DNA from: the human T2T-CHM13v2.0 reference genome, Homo sapiens
Strand: one strand, 5' to 3'
Assembly (NCBI RefSeq): GCF_009914755.1
Contig: NC_060938.1
Length of the DNA stretch: 64,000 bases
The translations under genes were made by a program, and so were the position numbers. Positions 14,322 to 28,189 of the stretch are shown here, one piece after another (position 1 is the first letter of the stretch; each line of letters begins with the position of its first letter). The notes under the pieces are model-generated. The model made no database searches. It was not told where the DNA came from and worked only from the letters and a program-made list of their open reading frames with translations.

Positions 14322-15038
14322 TGTCAAAGAGAAACAAAGCTGGACACTAGTTAAAGGCAACAGAGACAGATTTTATTCAATGATAACTATTGCAGTAGGG
14401 AAGAGAGTTCAGAGTAAACTGAGCTCAGCTTTGCCAAACCTAAAGGCAGGAGAATTTTAAAATGCTAGGGTGGGCTGAAAGAAAGACACTGAGAGGTCAT
14501 TAAGAGAGTTTGGTTCATGTGATTCACTTGGTTATTCAGGGTTGCTAATTGGCACTTATCTGGAAGAGAAACAAAATTCTCATGTCTTTATGACAGGCGT
14601 AGTTTTGCAAGTTGGAGCAAGAAGCCCATTGCCTGCCCACTGAAGTTAGCCCCTTAGCCTCCCACAGGGAGTCGGAGTGAGAGTTATTTTCTTGAATCTT
14701 TACATTTCAAAGAACTATTTCCAAGTCCTTGAGGAGACAGTTCTGGGTGGTAGATTTCCATCTCAAAGGGGCAGAGAAAGGATTTATAATTGCAAACTTT
14801 CTAAAATAACTGCTCTAAGAGGAGGTTTAGGGAGCTATCAGCCTCACTAGGTTTTAGCTGGAACAGATAGTAAGCTTTTCTAGCAGCATTGAACTTTCTC
14901 GGACAGACTTTTTAGGGGGAATTGGAGTCATAATAGGGACACCACCTTAAGCTTCTAGAAGCCATGCTAGCATTTGGTGAAGTCTCTTAGTGCAGGAGTT
15001 TGGAAAGGGTTGTATGCTGAGAATTTTTGCAGTTCTCA
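14322..15038 (-). mobile_element. Solo ERV1 LTR, MER67-like
   Basis: TGTCAAAGAGAAACAAAGCTGGACACTAGTTAAAG...TTTTATT (antisense polyA signal)...GCAGTTCTCA; TG/CA termini; TSD not preserved. Confidence 0.7.
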
Positions 15039-15607
15039 GGGCCTACTCTGGGTCAGATGCAAAGTTTGCTGGAACATTGCATATGATATTGAAAACCCTA
15101 CCAAAAATGCTGAGAGAGAATATTTTCAAACTTTTTCAACATCTGAAATAACTTAGGTTTATAGAAAGATCAGAGGATGATTAATTGGTAGATCTAAGAT
15201 TTGAATCCAGTTCTGTTTGCAAGTCGGAATCTTACTGATTCCCCAAATATAAAATCTGTAAACTTGGTAATTTTTTCCAGATTCTTGTTTGAAGAAAATT
15301 GTTTTAATCATGTACTTTTTAAACTTACTTCTAACTAATATTTTTGTGGATTTTAACATCCTTTGTACCACCTTTCTTTTAAATTAGATTAGGTTTGGGG
15401 GTACAATAAAATGAAGAAAAACGTGAAATCTTTTGCTTTCTAGTGTTCTCTATGCTATTTAACTTTTTCTCTATCCTTTCAGGTTTTTCTTATTTTTCAG
15501 GGGAAAAGGTAGTGTATAACCAAAGAAAGGGAAAAAAATGAGAACACAATTGTGCAAATACAGTGAAATTAGAGCATTTTAATAATTATTCAAGAAGAGG
15601 CAAAATG

Positions 15608-16102
15608 CAGGGTTTCTCAATATCTGCACTAATGATTTTTTTTCTTTCTTTTCTTTTCTTTTTCTTTTTTTTTTTTTTTTTTGAGATGGAGTCTCCTTTT
15701 GTTGCCCAGGCTGGAGTGCAGTGGTGTGATCTTGGCTCACTGCAACCTCCGCTTTCTGATTCGAGTGATTCTCTTGACTCAGCTTCCCAAGTAGCTGGGA
15801 CTACAGGCACCTGGCACCTTGCCTGGCTAGTTTTGTAGTTTTAATAGAGACAGGGCGACACCATGTTGGCCAGGCTGCTCTCAAATTCCTGACCTCAAGA
15901 GAGTTGCCCTCCTCAGCCTCCCAAAGTGGTGGGATTACATGTGTGAGCCACCATGCCCAGCCCTATTGACATTTTTGAGTCAGGTGATTCTTGGTTGTGG
16001 GAGCAGTCCTGTGCATTGCAGTATATTAACCCTGGCCTTTCCCCACTAGATGATTTCCAAATGTCCCCTGGGAGGCAAAATCATCTTAGTTGAGAACCCC
16101 TG
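15608..16102 (-). mobile_element. MER20 hAT-Charlie DNA transposon interrupted by Alu
   Basis: Terminal inverted repeats CAGGGTTTCTCAA and TTGAGAACCCCTG; internal GTCCTGTGCATTG...CCACTAGATG...AATGTCCCCTGGGAGGCAAAATCA. Confidence 0.88.
15636..15962 (-). mobile_element. AluS (Sx/Sz-like)
   Basis: Long T/TTTC tail, full dimer, CCATGTTGGCCAGGCTG; degenerate TSD CTAATGATTTTT / CTATTGACATTTTT. Confidence 0.95.
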
Positions 16103-18778
16103 AATTAAAGGATCTAAAAAAGGTTTTAAAAATTGTAGTCACTCTGTGTCCCTGCTGCTGCCCTGTTTCGGTTTGTAAAGCTTTCTGAAATCCACCATTG
16201 TGCTTTTGGATCCTGAACTGTTTCGAACTCTGGCTAACATGTTCAAGAGCAAGTTGGCATGACTCTTCTGTGACCGCATTGCTTGGCCCAGGCACCAGTT
16301 CTTCGCCAAGTCCTTGCTTTGGTGGTTTGTCTCATGTTACGGTTATATTTGATTCAATTTCTTAAACATTGAAACACCAACATTTCCAGGTTGACTAAAG
16401 TACCACCCTGCCTCTCCAGCCTCCTTGAATGAGATTTTAATTTCATCTTCTTTGCTTTCTTAAGGGCTGGCTGCCCACCCAATGAGACCTTTGCCACCTT
16501 CTCTGCAGCCAGAAACTCTTGATGCTATGCCCTGTCTTTATACCTAAGCCTCTCCTTTTTGTATGCCACTTAATAAAGAAAGCCCCACTCACATGTGCTT
16601 CAAACATAAAAGTATAAGAGCTAAGATCAAAAAAGAGCTAATACTGGCAACACTGTAGGGACTGGCAGAAAATAATAGAATTGATTTACATAGGGAAATA
16701 GGACAAATTAGCCCTGGTAAGGAGACCATGCATTTCTGCAGAAAAAAATTCAGTATACAACACAGGAACCAAAAAAGCAGAATTAAGGTAAACAACAACA
16801 ATAACAACACTTCCCATTAGTAAATTTCTCTCTTCAGTCACTTGTCCCTTTTCATATGTTTGTTGAGGCCGTTTCAGTATTATTAATTGCTTTCCCAGTT
16901 TTATTAGGTGTATTTTATATGCTCTGTGGTAGTGGGTATGTATTAATTAGTGGGTTGATTAGTTTATTTCCTTTGATAGAGTTGTATGCGCAACATTGAC
17001 TAAACAGCAGCTGAGTAGAGCCTTCAGTTTCAGTTTCCTGATAAATTAGGGGTAAATCAAAATCATCCTGATGGGTGTTGCCTGCTTTGGTTTTGAATTG
17101 GGAGGAAATAATAAATCTCTGTTTTAATTCAGAATATAAAGTAGGAAGAAAACCCATGGAATTAAATCAACAACCTCAGGAATTAAATCAATAAATAAGC
17201 AAATCTTCCACATGCGGTCACTTTATTTCAAAGCTTTCAGTTTCTAGCCACACTCATCTGGTCACCATTCTTTTACCCAGCAAGCACTTAGGGAAATTTC
17301 TTCCATTTAGTGGGAGCCACCTTCAACGAAAGTCTTTCATGATTTAAAGCTAGGCTGGAGTAATTAAATTTAACAGAAACTCCATCTTTGAAGGGCTGAC
17401 AAATAATATATCATTTATTTTGTTCCTTTATCTGAAAAGTTAATGGAGATATTTGGAAATCTACATGTTTATTTCACCTTTACCAGAGGGTCTTGTTCCA
17501 TAATAAATTTAGAACAGAATGGTTTCTAAATACTTAATATATTGAGCTAAAATATATTTGCAGAGGATTCACAGAGGTTTGCAGTAATTGTGCCTTTTGA
17601 AAAAGAAATATGTTTTAATGCTTTGGGAAAAGTCCTGTACCTATATCAGTGATAGGATCCAATTGCAAATTCTGGGAATCTAAAACTGGTGGTATATCTC
17701 CTTCTGACCTGTTATTGCTGGCTACACTAACAAATCTCTGTGAACACAGTCTTTAAATAATTTCCTGGAAGCCCAGAAAATTTTGGAATTACTTTTGGCA
17801 TATGAAGTTAGTAACCCTGCCCTTCCCCTTGGCAGAGCAGGGAAGGAAGAGGGATTTATAGAACAGCTCAGTCAAAATAAATCTTTTGAAATCCTTTCTC
17901 AAGTTTTAAGTCCTATCACTTGTTATATCCTTGTTACCAGTGAGGGTATCAAAGGTTATCTGGCATTTCAATAATCATTCTAAATACTTTCAATTTTTTT
18001 TAGCATCTCCTTTGAAATATATCTGAACTATTTTGGTACTTTCCTACTCTGTATTTTTCTTCAACAACTGTACATGTTCTTTATAGTTTTAGAATTATAT
18101 TACAAACTTCTCATTCTTACATGTTATTTCAGTTGCAAACATTCTTACATTCATCTTTTTTTTATGATCGTCAAGCCTATTAAATATTCTGGCCATGTTT
18201 TTTCCCTACATGGACTCCAACTCTCTTAATCTTAATAAAAATAATATAATGTCTCATTACTAAAACAAGTCATTTCCCTTTAAAGTCTTTTATTTTACTC
18301 TTTCATCCATTAAAACACTATTGATCTTGCCCCTAATACTAAATCACTATGAATGAAGGAAAAGTTCATATAACTTATCTAGGCATGCTACAAAATTAAT
18401 TACGATTTTGTTGAGGAAAGATTGATATAAATTAGGATGAATATACAAAATGAAATGGTACTGAAATGATAGATGCAGTCCGTTAAGTAATACTTAATCC
18501 TGCTGATATTCTAGGGATACTCGTTCTCTCACTATTTAAATTTCCTTCAATGACATGAGATGAAACACATTTTATCATTATGGAGAACTTTCATTACATG
18601 GCCGTTATTTAAGTAAAAGAGTATAGATAATAATATCTCAGATCTTTTCAGTAGTGCATGCTGTTAAACTTAGCTGTTTTTGTTTAAAGATTTTGAATAG
18701 TTTTGCAAATGAACATACGAGTAATGAAGATTCTCCCATTTTGTTCTGTTTTGCTTAGATGATGGAAAAAAATGTTTT

Positions 18779-19058
18779 CCCTCCCTGCCTCCCTCCCTTC
18801 CTTCCTTCCTCCCTACCTCCCTCCCTTGCTTCCTCCCTCCCTCCCTCCCTTCCTTCTTTCCTTCCTTCCTTCCTCCCTACCTCCCTCCCTTCCTTCCTCC
18901 CTCCCTCCCTTCCTTCCTTCTTTCCTTCCTTCCTTCCTCCCTACCTCCCTCCCTTGCTTCCTCCCTCCCTCCCTCCCTTCCTTCTTTCCTTCCTTCCTTC
19001 CTCCCTACCTCCCTCCCTTCCTTCCTCCCTCCCTCCCTTCCTTCTTTCTTTTTCTTCC
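18779..19058. repeat. (CCTT/CCCT)n polypyrimidine repeat with 64-bp period
   Basis: Near-pure C/T tract with marker A bases at 18815, 18879, 18943 and 19007. Confidence 0.95.
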
Positions 19059-20217
19059 TGTATTTGTTTAAAGAACAAAAGAAGTTGATGTATGGATCTA
19101 TTTGCTCTAAATTATATTCATTAGAGATATATATCACATCTACCTAAACATTCGTTACAATCAAGTGTTCCCAGGCCATTTACTATAAAAAGTTAATTTT
19201 TGGAAGCCAAGGAGGAAACTAACATTTAAGTTCTCACATATCCCTCCATATCCTCCTTCTACATATAGAAACCACATAGCAAAAAATTTGTTTCAAAATG
19301 TTTAGTGTTTTTCAAGGAAAAAAAGGTAATTGGGAAATGCTTTTAAGAGAAATTAGTTTCTCTTGTCAACTGTCATCAAGATGGATTACGCTCAGCTGCT
19401 TCGTGGAAGCAGAAATGAAATCTAACATATTTGTGGCTAAGACAATAGTGTGCATATTTTTAAATTGCATCAAGTAGGGTCTATTATTTAAGATTCCTTG
19501 CTACTGTCATTGTCACAACATCCTACATTATTCAAACCAAGCATCAATTCCATTAGTCAGTCTCTCCTTTGCTGTCAAAGATGCAAATACACTCTTGTGT
19601 GGCTTAAAGTAAATGCATCATCTGAAGAGGAAATGTGTCAGAAAATATTAAATGAGATAAGGTTTAATTCAGAAATAAAATAAAATAAACAGGTGAGTTC
19701 CTCTCTCTCCAATAAAAAGGAAATTTTCTTGTAAAAAAAAAGAAAACCTTTGAGATTGAGTTTTTGTAATCAAGGAGAGCAAGATATTTATTTCTGCATT
19801 CTTAGTACCTACAAAATAGCTGGTACTCAATGACCTTACGGTATAGGTGCTGAACACATATTTTTACAATGAATGACTCAATGAATGAATGAGTAATCAA
19901 ATGAAAATCAAAGAATTATTGTTTAACGTGTTGAATACACTAAAGAGATAATGTGGTCTATCAATATTTCCCTGAGTGTCCAAGAAAATATGCAATAAAC
20001 ATACATTATTTCAACTTTCCATACATTCCATAAGGAGTCATATTTATATCAACGTGTATGGTTGAAAACATACTTCACTCTGTTGAACAAAAGTGAAATG
20101 CTGCCATAATTAACTATCTTTGAATATATTTTCTTACATGCCTGCTATTTGCATGTTTTCAGTAACACATATAACCAACAGTCCAAAATATGGGGGAAAT
20201 TACATTGTTGTGATTGA

Positions 20218-20911
<694 letters not shown>

Positions 20912-21262
20912 TAACATAAATATTTGTATTTATTGGATTGATGATTTAAATATTTTTGTACCATAATGTTTATGTACTTAGACCACAGTTTAATTTACTA
21001 CCAGTATTTATTATATGAATATTTTGCTAAGTATTTTTAAATTTCCATATAATGCCTCATGGAGTACATAATATGAACTGAATTTAAAAAAAAACACAGA
21101 ACTTGTTTAAAATAATAACTGAAAATATTTATTATTTACAAAGGATCTATTATGGTACATGTGCTTTATATATGTGATTTTTATCCTCATTTCAATTTTT
21201 TGAATTGGTATTATAATCCGTGTTTCATAATTGAAGTAGACATTCAAAAAGTTTGAGTAACT

Positions 21263-21565
<303 letters not shown>

Positions 21566-21701
21566 TTATGTTTAAATTTGAGCCTGTCTTTTCACTATGC
21601 CCAACTTTCATTATGATATAATGACTAAAAGACTCTCTCATACATGGACACCACTGCCATGCTAGTTCTCTATTGCATCCCTAACTATTCCATACTTTCT
21701 T

Positions 21702-23379
21702 TCTTTCTTTCTTTCTTTATTTTTTTTTATTAATCATTCTTGGGTGTTTCTCACAGAGGGGGATTTGGCAGGGTCATAGGACAATAGTGGAGGGAAGGTC
21801 AGCAGATAAACAAGTGAACAAAGGTCTCTGGTTTTCCTAGGCAGAGGACCCTGCGGCCTTCCGCAGTGTTTGTGTCCCTGGGTACTTGAGATTAGGGAGT
21901 GGTGATGACTCTTAAGGAGCATGCTGCCTTCAAGCATCTGTTTAACAAAGCACATCTTGCACCGCCCTTAATCCATTTAACCCTGAGTGGACACAGCACA
22001 TGTTTCAGTGAGCACAGGGTTGGGAGTAAGGTCACAGATCAACAGGATCCCAAGGCAGAAGAATTTTTCTAAGTCTCCCATGTCTACTTCTTTCTACAGA
22101 GACACGGCAACCATCCGATTTCTCAATCTTTTCCCCACCTTTCCCCCCTTTCTATTCCACAAAGCCGCCATTGTCAATGAGCTGTTGGGCACACCTCCCA
22201 GACGGGGTGGTGGCCGGGCAGAGGGGCTCCTCATTTCCCAGTAGGGGCGGCCAGGCAGAGGCGCCCCTCACCTCCCGGAGGGGGCGGCTGGCCAGGCGGG
22301 TGGCTGACCCCCCCCACCTCCCTCCCGGATGGGGCGGCTGGCCGGGCAGAGGGGCTCCTCACTTCCCAGTAGGGGCGGCCGGGCAGAGGCGCCCCTCACC
22401 TCCCGGACGGGGCGGCTGGCCGGGCGGGGGGCTGACCCCCCAACATCCCTCCCGGACGGGGCGGCTGGCCTGGCAGGGGGCTGACCCCCCCACCTCCCTC
22501 CGGGACGGGGTGGCTGCCGGACGGAGACACTCCTCACTTCCCAGACGGGGTGGCTGCCAGGCGGAGAGGCTCCTCACTTCTCAGACGGGGCGGCTGTTGG
22601 GCGGAGGGGCTCCTCACTTCTCAGATGGGGCGGTTGCCAGGCAGAGGGTCTCCTCACCTCTCAGACAGGGCGGCCGGGCAGAGGCACTCCTCACATCCCA
22701 GATGGGGCAGCGGGGCAGAGGCGCGCCCCACATCTCAGACGATGGGTTGCCGGGCAGAGACGCTCCTCACTTCCTAGATGTGATGGCGGCCGGGAAGAGG
22801 CGCTCCTCACTTCCTAGATGGGATGGCAGCCGGGCGGAGACGCTCCTCACTTTCCAGACTGGGCAGCCAGGCAGAGGGGCTCCTCACATCCCAGACGATG
22901 GGCGGCCAGGCAGAGACGCTCCTCACTTCCCAGATGGGGTGGCAGCCAGGCAGAGGCTGCAATCTCAGCACTTTGGGAGGCCAAGGCAGGCGGCTGGGAG
23001 GTGGAGGTTGTAGCGAGCCGAGATCACGCCACTGCACTCCAGCCTGGGCACCATTGAGCACTGAGTGAACGAGACTCCGTCTGCAATCCCGGCACCTCCG
23101 GAGGCCGAGGCTGGCGGATCACTCGTGGTTAGGAGCTGGAGACCGGCCCGGCCAACACAGTGAAACCCCGTCTCCACCAAAAAAATACGAAAGCCAGTCA
23201 GGCTTGGCGGCGCGTGCCTGCAATCGCAGGCACTTGGCAGGCTGAGGCAGGAGAATCAGGTGGGAGGTTGCAGTGAGCCGAGATGGCAGCAGTACAGTAC
23301 AGCTTCGGCTCGGCATCAGAGGGAGACCGTGGAAAGAGAGGGAGAGGGAGACCGTGGGGAGAGGGAGAGGGAGAGGGAC
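21702..23379 (-). mobile_element. Full-length SVA retrotransposon (SVA_C/D-like)
   Basis: T-rich tail, antisense AATAAA (21726-21731), SINE-R (~21731-22190), GC-rich VNTR (~22191-22950), Alu-like domain (~22960-23320), short (CCCTCT)n head; exact TSD TCCATACTTTCTT at 21689-21701 and 23380-23392. Confidence 0.98.
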
Positions 23380-23475
23380 TCCATACTTTCTTATCAAGGT
23401 CTCTTCAGTTTTTTTTAAAAAAGCACAGACAATCTATGAACATATAGAATGTATATTACAATACATGAAATATTA

Positions 23476-23703
23476 GCCTAGGCAACACTGTGAGTTTCTG
23501 TCTCTACAAAGAAATAAAAATTAAAATTAAAAAAAAAATTAGCTGGGTGCGGTCACACACCACCTGTAGTTCCAGCTACTCAGGAGGCTGAGGCAGGAGG
23601 ATCACTTGAACCCAGGAGTCAAAGGCTGTAGTGAGCCGTGATCACTTCACTGCACTCCAGCTTGGTGACAGAGCTCAACCCTATCTCTGAAAACAAAGAA
23701 AAG
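23476..23703 (+). mobile_element. 5'-truncated AluJ
   Basis: GCAGGAGGATCACTTGAACCCAGGAGTCAAAGGCTGTAGTGAGC is a J-type right arm; the end of the left arm precedes it. Confidence 0.9.
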
Positions 23704-24443
23704 ATGTGGGATATAATTTATAATGTATATAGAGAGTTTTGTGGGAGATGTGTATTCTCCGCTCTTATTAGTTTCATACCTGTAACAGAAGCTCAACAAT
23801 GTGACATCCCTGCTCTCTCTTTGTCCCATTATTTATTCTGGCCCAAGGGAGGTGTTGTGACTTATCTGACTGATAAATTTGTAGGAGTAAATTTGGAGAG
23901 ACAAAGTTTGGCTCAGCAACTTCTTCATTTCTCTTAGGAGCAAGCTACTTGCTGGGATTGGGTGCTTCAATGTTTTAAGTATCTTTAATGACTCGTTCTT
24001 TAATAGCTTTAGTACTACCTGGGAAGACCTCACCTGTTGCCAAATCTGTTTCAATCCAGTATTTTCCCTAGGTATGCCCACCTAACTTGGGGGGTCTATA
24101 TTATATCTTAGGACCATTTAGTTGTCATGCTAAGCTGTGTCTTCCATCTCAGCCTTTATGAGAAATGCGAAGTTTAGCTAGCATTTAGTAGTTCATCATC
24201 TTATTTCCTGATTTTTACACATTTTAGATTTAACAAATGCTATCTATTAGGCCTACGGAGAGCCTCCAACAAATACAACAATAACCACCACGTAAATTTA
24301 CATACATATTCACACCCTTACTAAACCACAACAAACAAAAACAAATCAGGAAAAAATATACTAAAACTATATCAGTGGCTGTTTTTAGGTCATACCTTTC
24401 TATAGGAAGTCCATGATAGTCCTAAGTTTACTGGTGTAGTTTT

Positions 24444-24734
<291 letters not shown>

Positions 24735-26114
24735 GCTGGTGTAGTTTTAATCACAGTATCCAAACAACAAAAGGGAAAGCATGAGATAGTATGAGAAGTA
24801 TGAGTGATAATTCCCTTTCACTTTTTGTATTTTCCATATTACATGTAAAGCACATGTGTGGTATTTTTATTAGAATCAAACTAAAAATACCTTTTTTAAA
24901 GAAAAAAGACTAATTTCATCATGTTTTATTTAAACAGCAACCTGCCTTGTTGTAAACCTGTGAAGTGAAAAATTGATGCATTTTATTATTTTCTTCGTTG
25001 ACCATATGGAAAAACATACATTTAACTACCCAAATTACATAAATATTGACACACAAGTGCCTAATTATATGTCTGAGCATGAAATATTTAATTTTAATGA
25101 CCTAAATGTTTTATGTTAGCATCTGTTTTTGGAAGGGCATGCTTACAAATTATTCTGGCATTTTGACTGAAATATCTTCTGGAATAGCAAATGTTACAAA
25201 ATCCATAGGGAATAAATGTATTATGTTTATATTAGTGATGTTCTTTATATTTTTCTTGGTATTTTGATAGGGCTGTCATATTTCAAATTAACTTTATGGT
25301 AATAATATAGCACCTTTAGGTTATGTACATCAATACAGCTAGAATTACAGAACCAGAATAATTTATGTTAAAAAGTTATTACTGATTCAATTATTCAGTG
25401 AATTATCATCTAAAACAAAAGTGGGGATAAGAAAACAGAAACTTAAATATAAGCAATCCGGATGGAACTCTTCTTACTCATCAAATATGACCTAGGTATG
25501 TTCTGTTTTAGCTCATCCAGTGTGTGTTTCTGCTTTAACAGGTAGTATATAATACATAGAATAGAAAACAAGTCTTAGTAACCCTAATTTTTACATGCAT
25601 GTTTTGGCACTTGAGCAATATACACTGTCTAAAAATAAATGTTTGGAGAGTAATATTAATGTGAACTTTCAGTAAAAATAAACATGAAATGAAAATAAAT
25701 ATTCATCCTTTCTAGATGATGTTATATGTCATAGCATTATAGTGGAATTCTTGGGTAGCCAAGAAAAGTACAAAAATTGTCTTTATCATAAAAACACATT
25801 ACTTTTTATCCTTATGGTGTATTGAGACTAAGATCAATAAAAATAGACCTACCACAAGCTTCCTGTATAAAATCTATAGGGGGAAAAACAAAAACCCAGG
25901 GTTTTACAAAGATATGGCATGTGGCTGTGCATAAAATTACAAGCACATGCAAACCAAAAGAAATATCTCTAACATGTAAATTCAATGAAAATGAATTAAG
26001 ATATAATCAAAGGATTTAATTTTTTTTTTTAAAGAATGCTTTTAAAATAAACCTTCTTTTTTGGAGTGGAGGGATTTTTACGTCAGCTCTTAAATGTTTA
26101 TGGTAAGAGGTTAT

Positions 26115-26375
26115 TGGTTTGGCCAAGATTCAGTAATGGTTACCAAAGCTAATCTCCCACTGTGAACTGCTGTAGATCTGGACACAATATATGCAGCAAT
26201 TATTTTCAGGCACAGGGTAGCAGACTGTGCTGGGCAAAGGTTCCTAAAAGAGGGAAGATATGCAAGATGGGCTCCTTATTCATACTGGGATTCTGTCTGG
26301 AGCCATTTTATAGAAAGAGGCAATGGGACCCGAAAAGAGCATTGGTCTTGCTGGGCAAAGGAAACAGGAATAAGA
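26115..26375 (+). mobile_element. Old L1M (MC/MD-type) 5'-end fragment
   Basis: GGCCAAGATTCAGTAA...CTGGACACAATATATGCAGCAATTATTTTCAG...TTCTGTCTGGAG resembles old L1M 5' ends. Confidence 0.5.
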
Positions 26376-26449
26376 GTTCAGGGATGCAGAAGAAAATAGA
26401 GGTGGAAGCGAGAAGGAAGTGAAAGAGGAGGAGGAGAAGAGAAAGAGGT

Positions 26450-26744
26450 GGCTGAGTGCGGTGGCTCACGCCTGTAATCCCAGCATTTTGGGAGGCTGAG
26501 GCAGGTGGAATATGTGAGGTCAGGAGCTGGAAACCAGCCTGGCCAACCTGGTGAAACCCCATCTGTACTAAAAAAAAAAAGAGAGAGGAAAAAAAAGAAA
26601 AAATAAAAAAAAGCAGGGCTTGGTGGTGCTCCCCTGTAGTCCTAGCTACTCAGGAGAATTGCTTGAACCCGGGAGATGGAGGCTGCAGTGAGCCAAGATC
26701 ACGCCACTGCACTTCAGCCTGGGCGACAGAGCAAGACTCCATCT

Positions 26745-26799
<55 letters not shown>
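26450..26799 (+). mobile_element. AluS with expanded linker, small internal deletion and (AG)n tail
   Basis: Full dimer; linker 26570-26612 is enlarged; CTACTCAGGAGAATTG lacks the usual GGCTGAGGCA segment; about 26 AG units at 26748-26799. Confidence 0.95.
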
Positions 26800-26804
<5 letters not shown>

Positions 26805-26905
26805 AAATAAGTGGCATCGAGTTTGGAAAAGAAGAAATAAAATTACTCATTTAAAAAAAAATGATGACATGAGCATGTACATATAAAATAGTGAAGAACC
26901 TAACA
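26800..26905 (+). mobile_element. Old L1 ORF2 (RT region) fragment
   Basis: AAATAAGTGGCATCGAGTTTGGAAAAGAAGAAATAAAATTA...GATGACATG corresponds to the GI-x-x-GKEE...DDM stretch of L1 RT. Confidence 0.7.
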
Positions 26906-27292
26906 CGAGGAGAGCAGCATATTCAGTCACAATCAAATTAAATCATAGTGAAGTGCTTTTGAATAATTAAAACCCTGAATTTCTACTTACTATTAATAAG
27001 GACTACAAAAAATTTTGTTGATCTCTCTCTCCCAATTCTTTTTCTGACAGAAAATGTCTTGTCAGAACATTTAAAAGCCCTCAACACTATAAGATAGAAA
27101 AGGAGAGATGGAGGGAGACATAGAGAGATTTAGATTTCTAGATATACAGATAGAAATATATGGATATATATAATCAGATGTATAACTCAATGCATGAAGG
27201 TAATTTTTCTACCATTGAAAACAGATTAATAATTAAACATATTTCAGATTTGTAGGCTTCTTTAAAAATAAAATGAAAAATAACAAAGTTAG

Positions 27293-27654
27293 TACTATGG
27301 TCTGAATATTTGTGTTCCCCCAAAATTCATATGTTGAAATCCTAAATCCCATGGTGATGGTATTAAGAGGTAGGACTTCTGGGTGGTAATTAGGTCATGA
27401 AGGTGGAACTCTCATCAATGATATTAGTGACCTCCTAAAATAGGCTCAAAGGAGCTCCTTTGCCCCTTCCTCCTCCATGTGAGCACCATGAGACGATTTC
27501 ATCTATGAGAACGCATGCCTTCCTCAGGCACTGAATCTGCTGATGCCTTGGTCTTAGACTTCCCAGTCTCCAGAATTGTGAGAAATAAATTCCTTTTGTT
27601 TATAAGCCATATCATTGATGGTATTTTTTATAGCAGCCTGAAAGGGCTAAGACA
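27293..27654 (+). mobile_element. MaLR LTR, MLT1A/MLT1A0
   Basis: TACTATGGTCTGAATATTTGTGTTCCCCCAAAATTCATATGTTGAAATCC...AATAAA...GGCTAAGACA; near-TSD GTTAG/GTAAG. Confidence 0.9.
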
Positions 27655-27980
27655 GTAAGCATCATGAAAATAAACACTTGTCTTCTAAAAGTGACTATTT
27701 TGAAGGGGAAAGTATTCATTTAGATGTCATGTTTCTCTTCTGCCTGCAAAGACAACTCATTGTGCTTGTTATATATGCTGAAATAATAATTATCACAGAG
27801 AAGATTGCATGCATAAGATACAGTATGTATTAAAGTCCTCTTCAATATGTTTGCAATGTATATTAGGTTATCAAACAGTCATCAGTTTTGAATATGTTTT
27901 GAATCATGCTTATTTTGAATTAAAATGTGCCTAATTCCAAGTATCTTCACTTATTAATTAAGTTTTGATGCCTTCCACAA

Positions 27981-28133
27981 GATGATGATGATGATGATGA
28001 TTATTATTATTATTATTTATTGAGATTGAGTCTCACTCTGTCACCGAGGCTGGAGTTTAGCGGTGCGATCTCAGCTCACTGAAACCTCCACCTCCTGGCT
28101 TCAAGCAATTCTCCTGCCTCAGCCTCCCGAGTA
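27981..28133 (-). mobile_element. Truncated AluS right arm with (ATC)n/(AAT)n tail
   Basis: (GAT)n(TAT)n followed by GAGTCTCACTCTGTCACC...CTCAGCCTCCCGAGTA. Confidence 0.9.
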
Positions 28134-28189
28134 TAAAGATAATTTTTCAAATGATCAAGGAATTTAAAAGACTACACAAGCGTTATTTT

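Noticed and set aside
18759-19137. Pro/Ser/Leu-rich and Gly/Arg/Glu-rich ORFs
   Set aside because: Translations of the CCTT/CCCT repeat.
22171-23013. 280-aa ORF and overlapping ORFs at 21734-23476
   Set aside because: These lie in the SVA; the GC-rich VNTR lacks stops by composition and the peptides are typical SVA/Alu translation artefacts.
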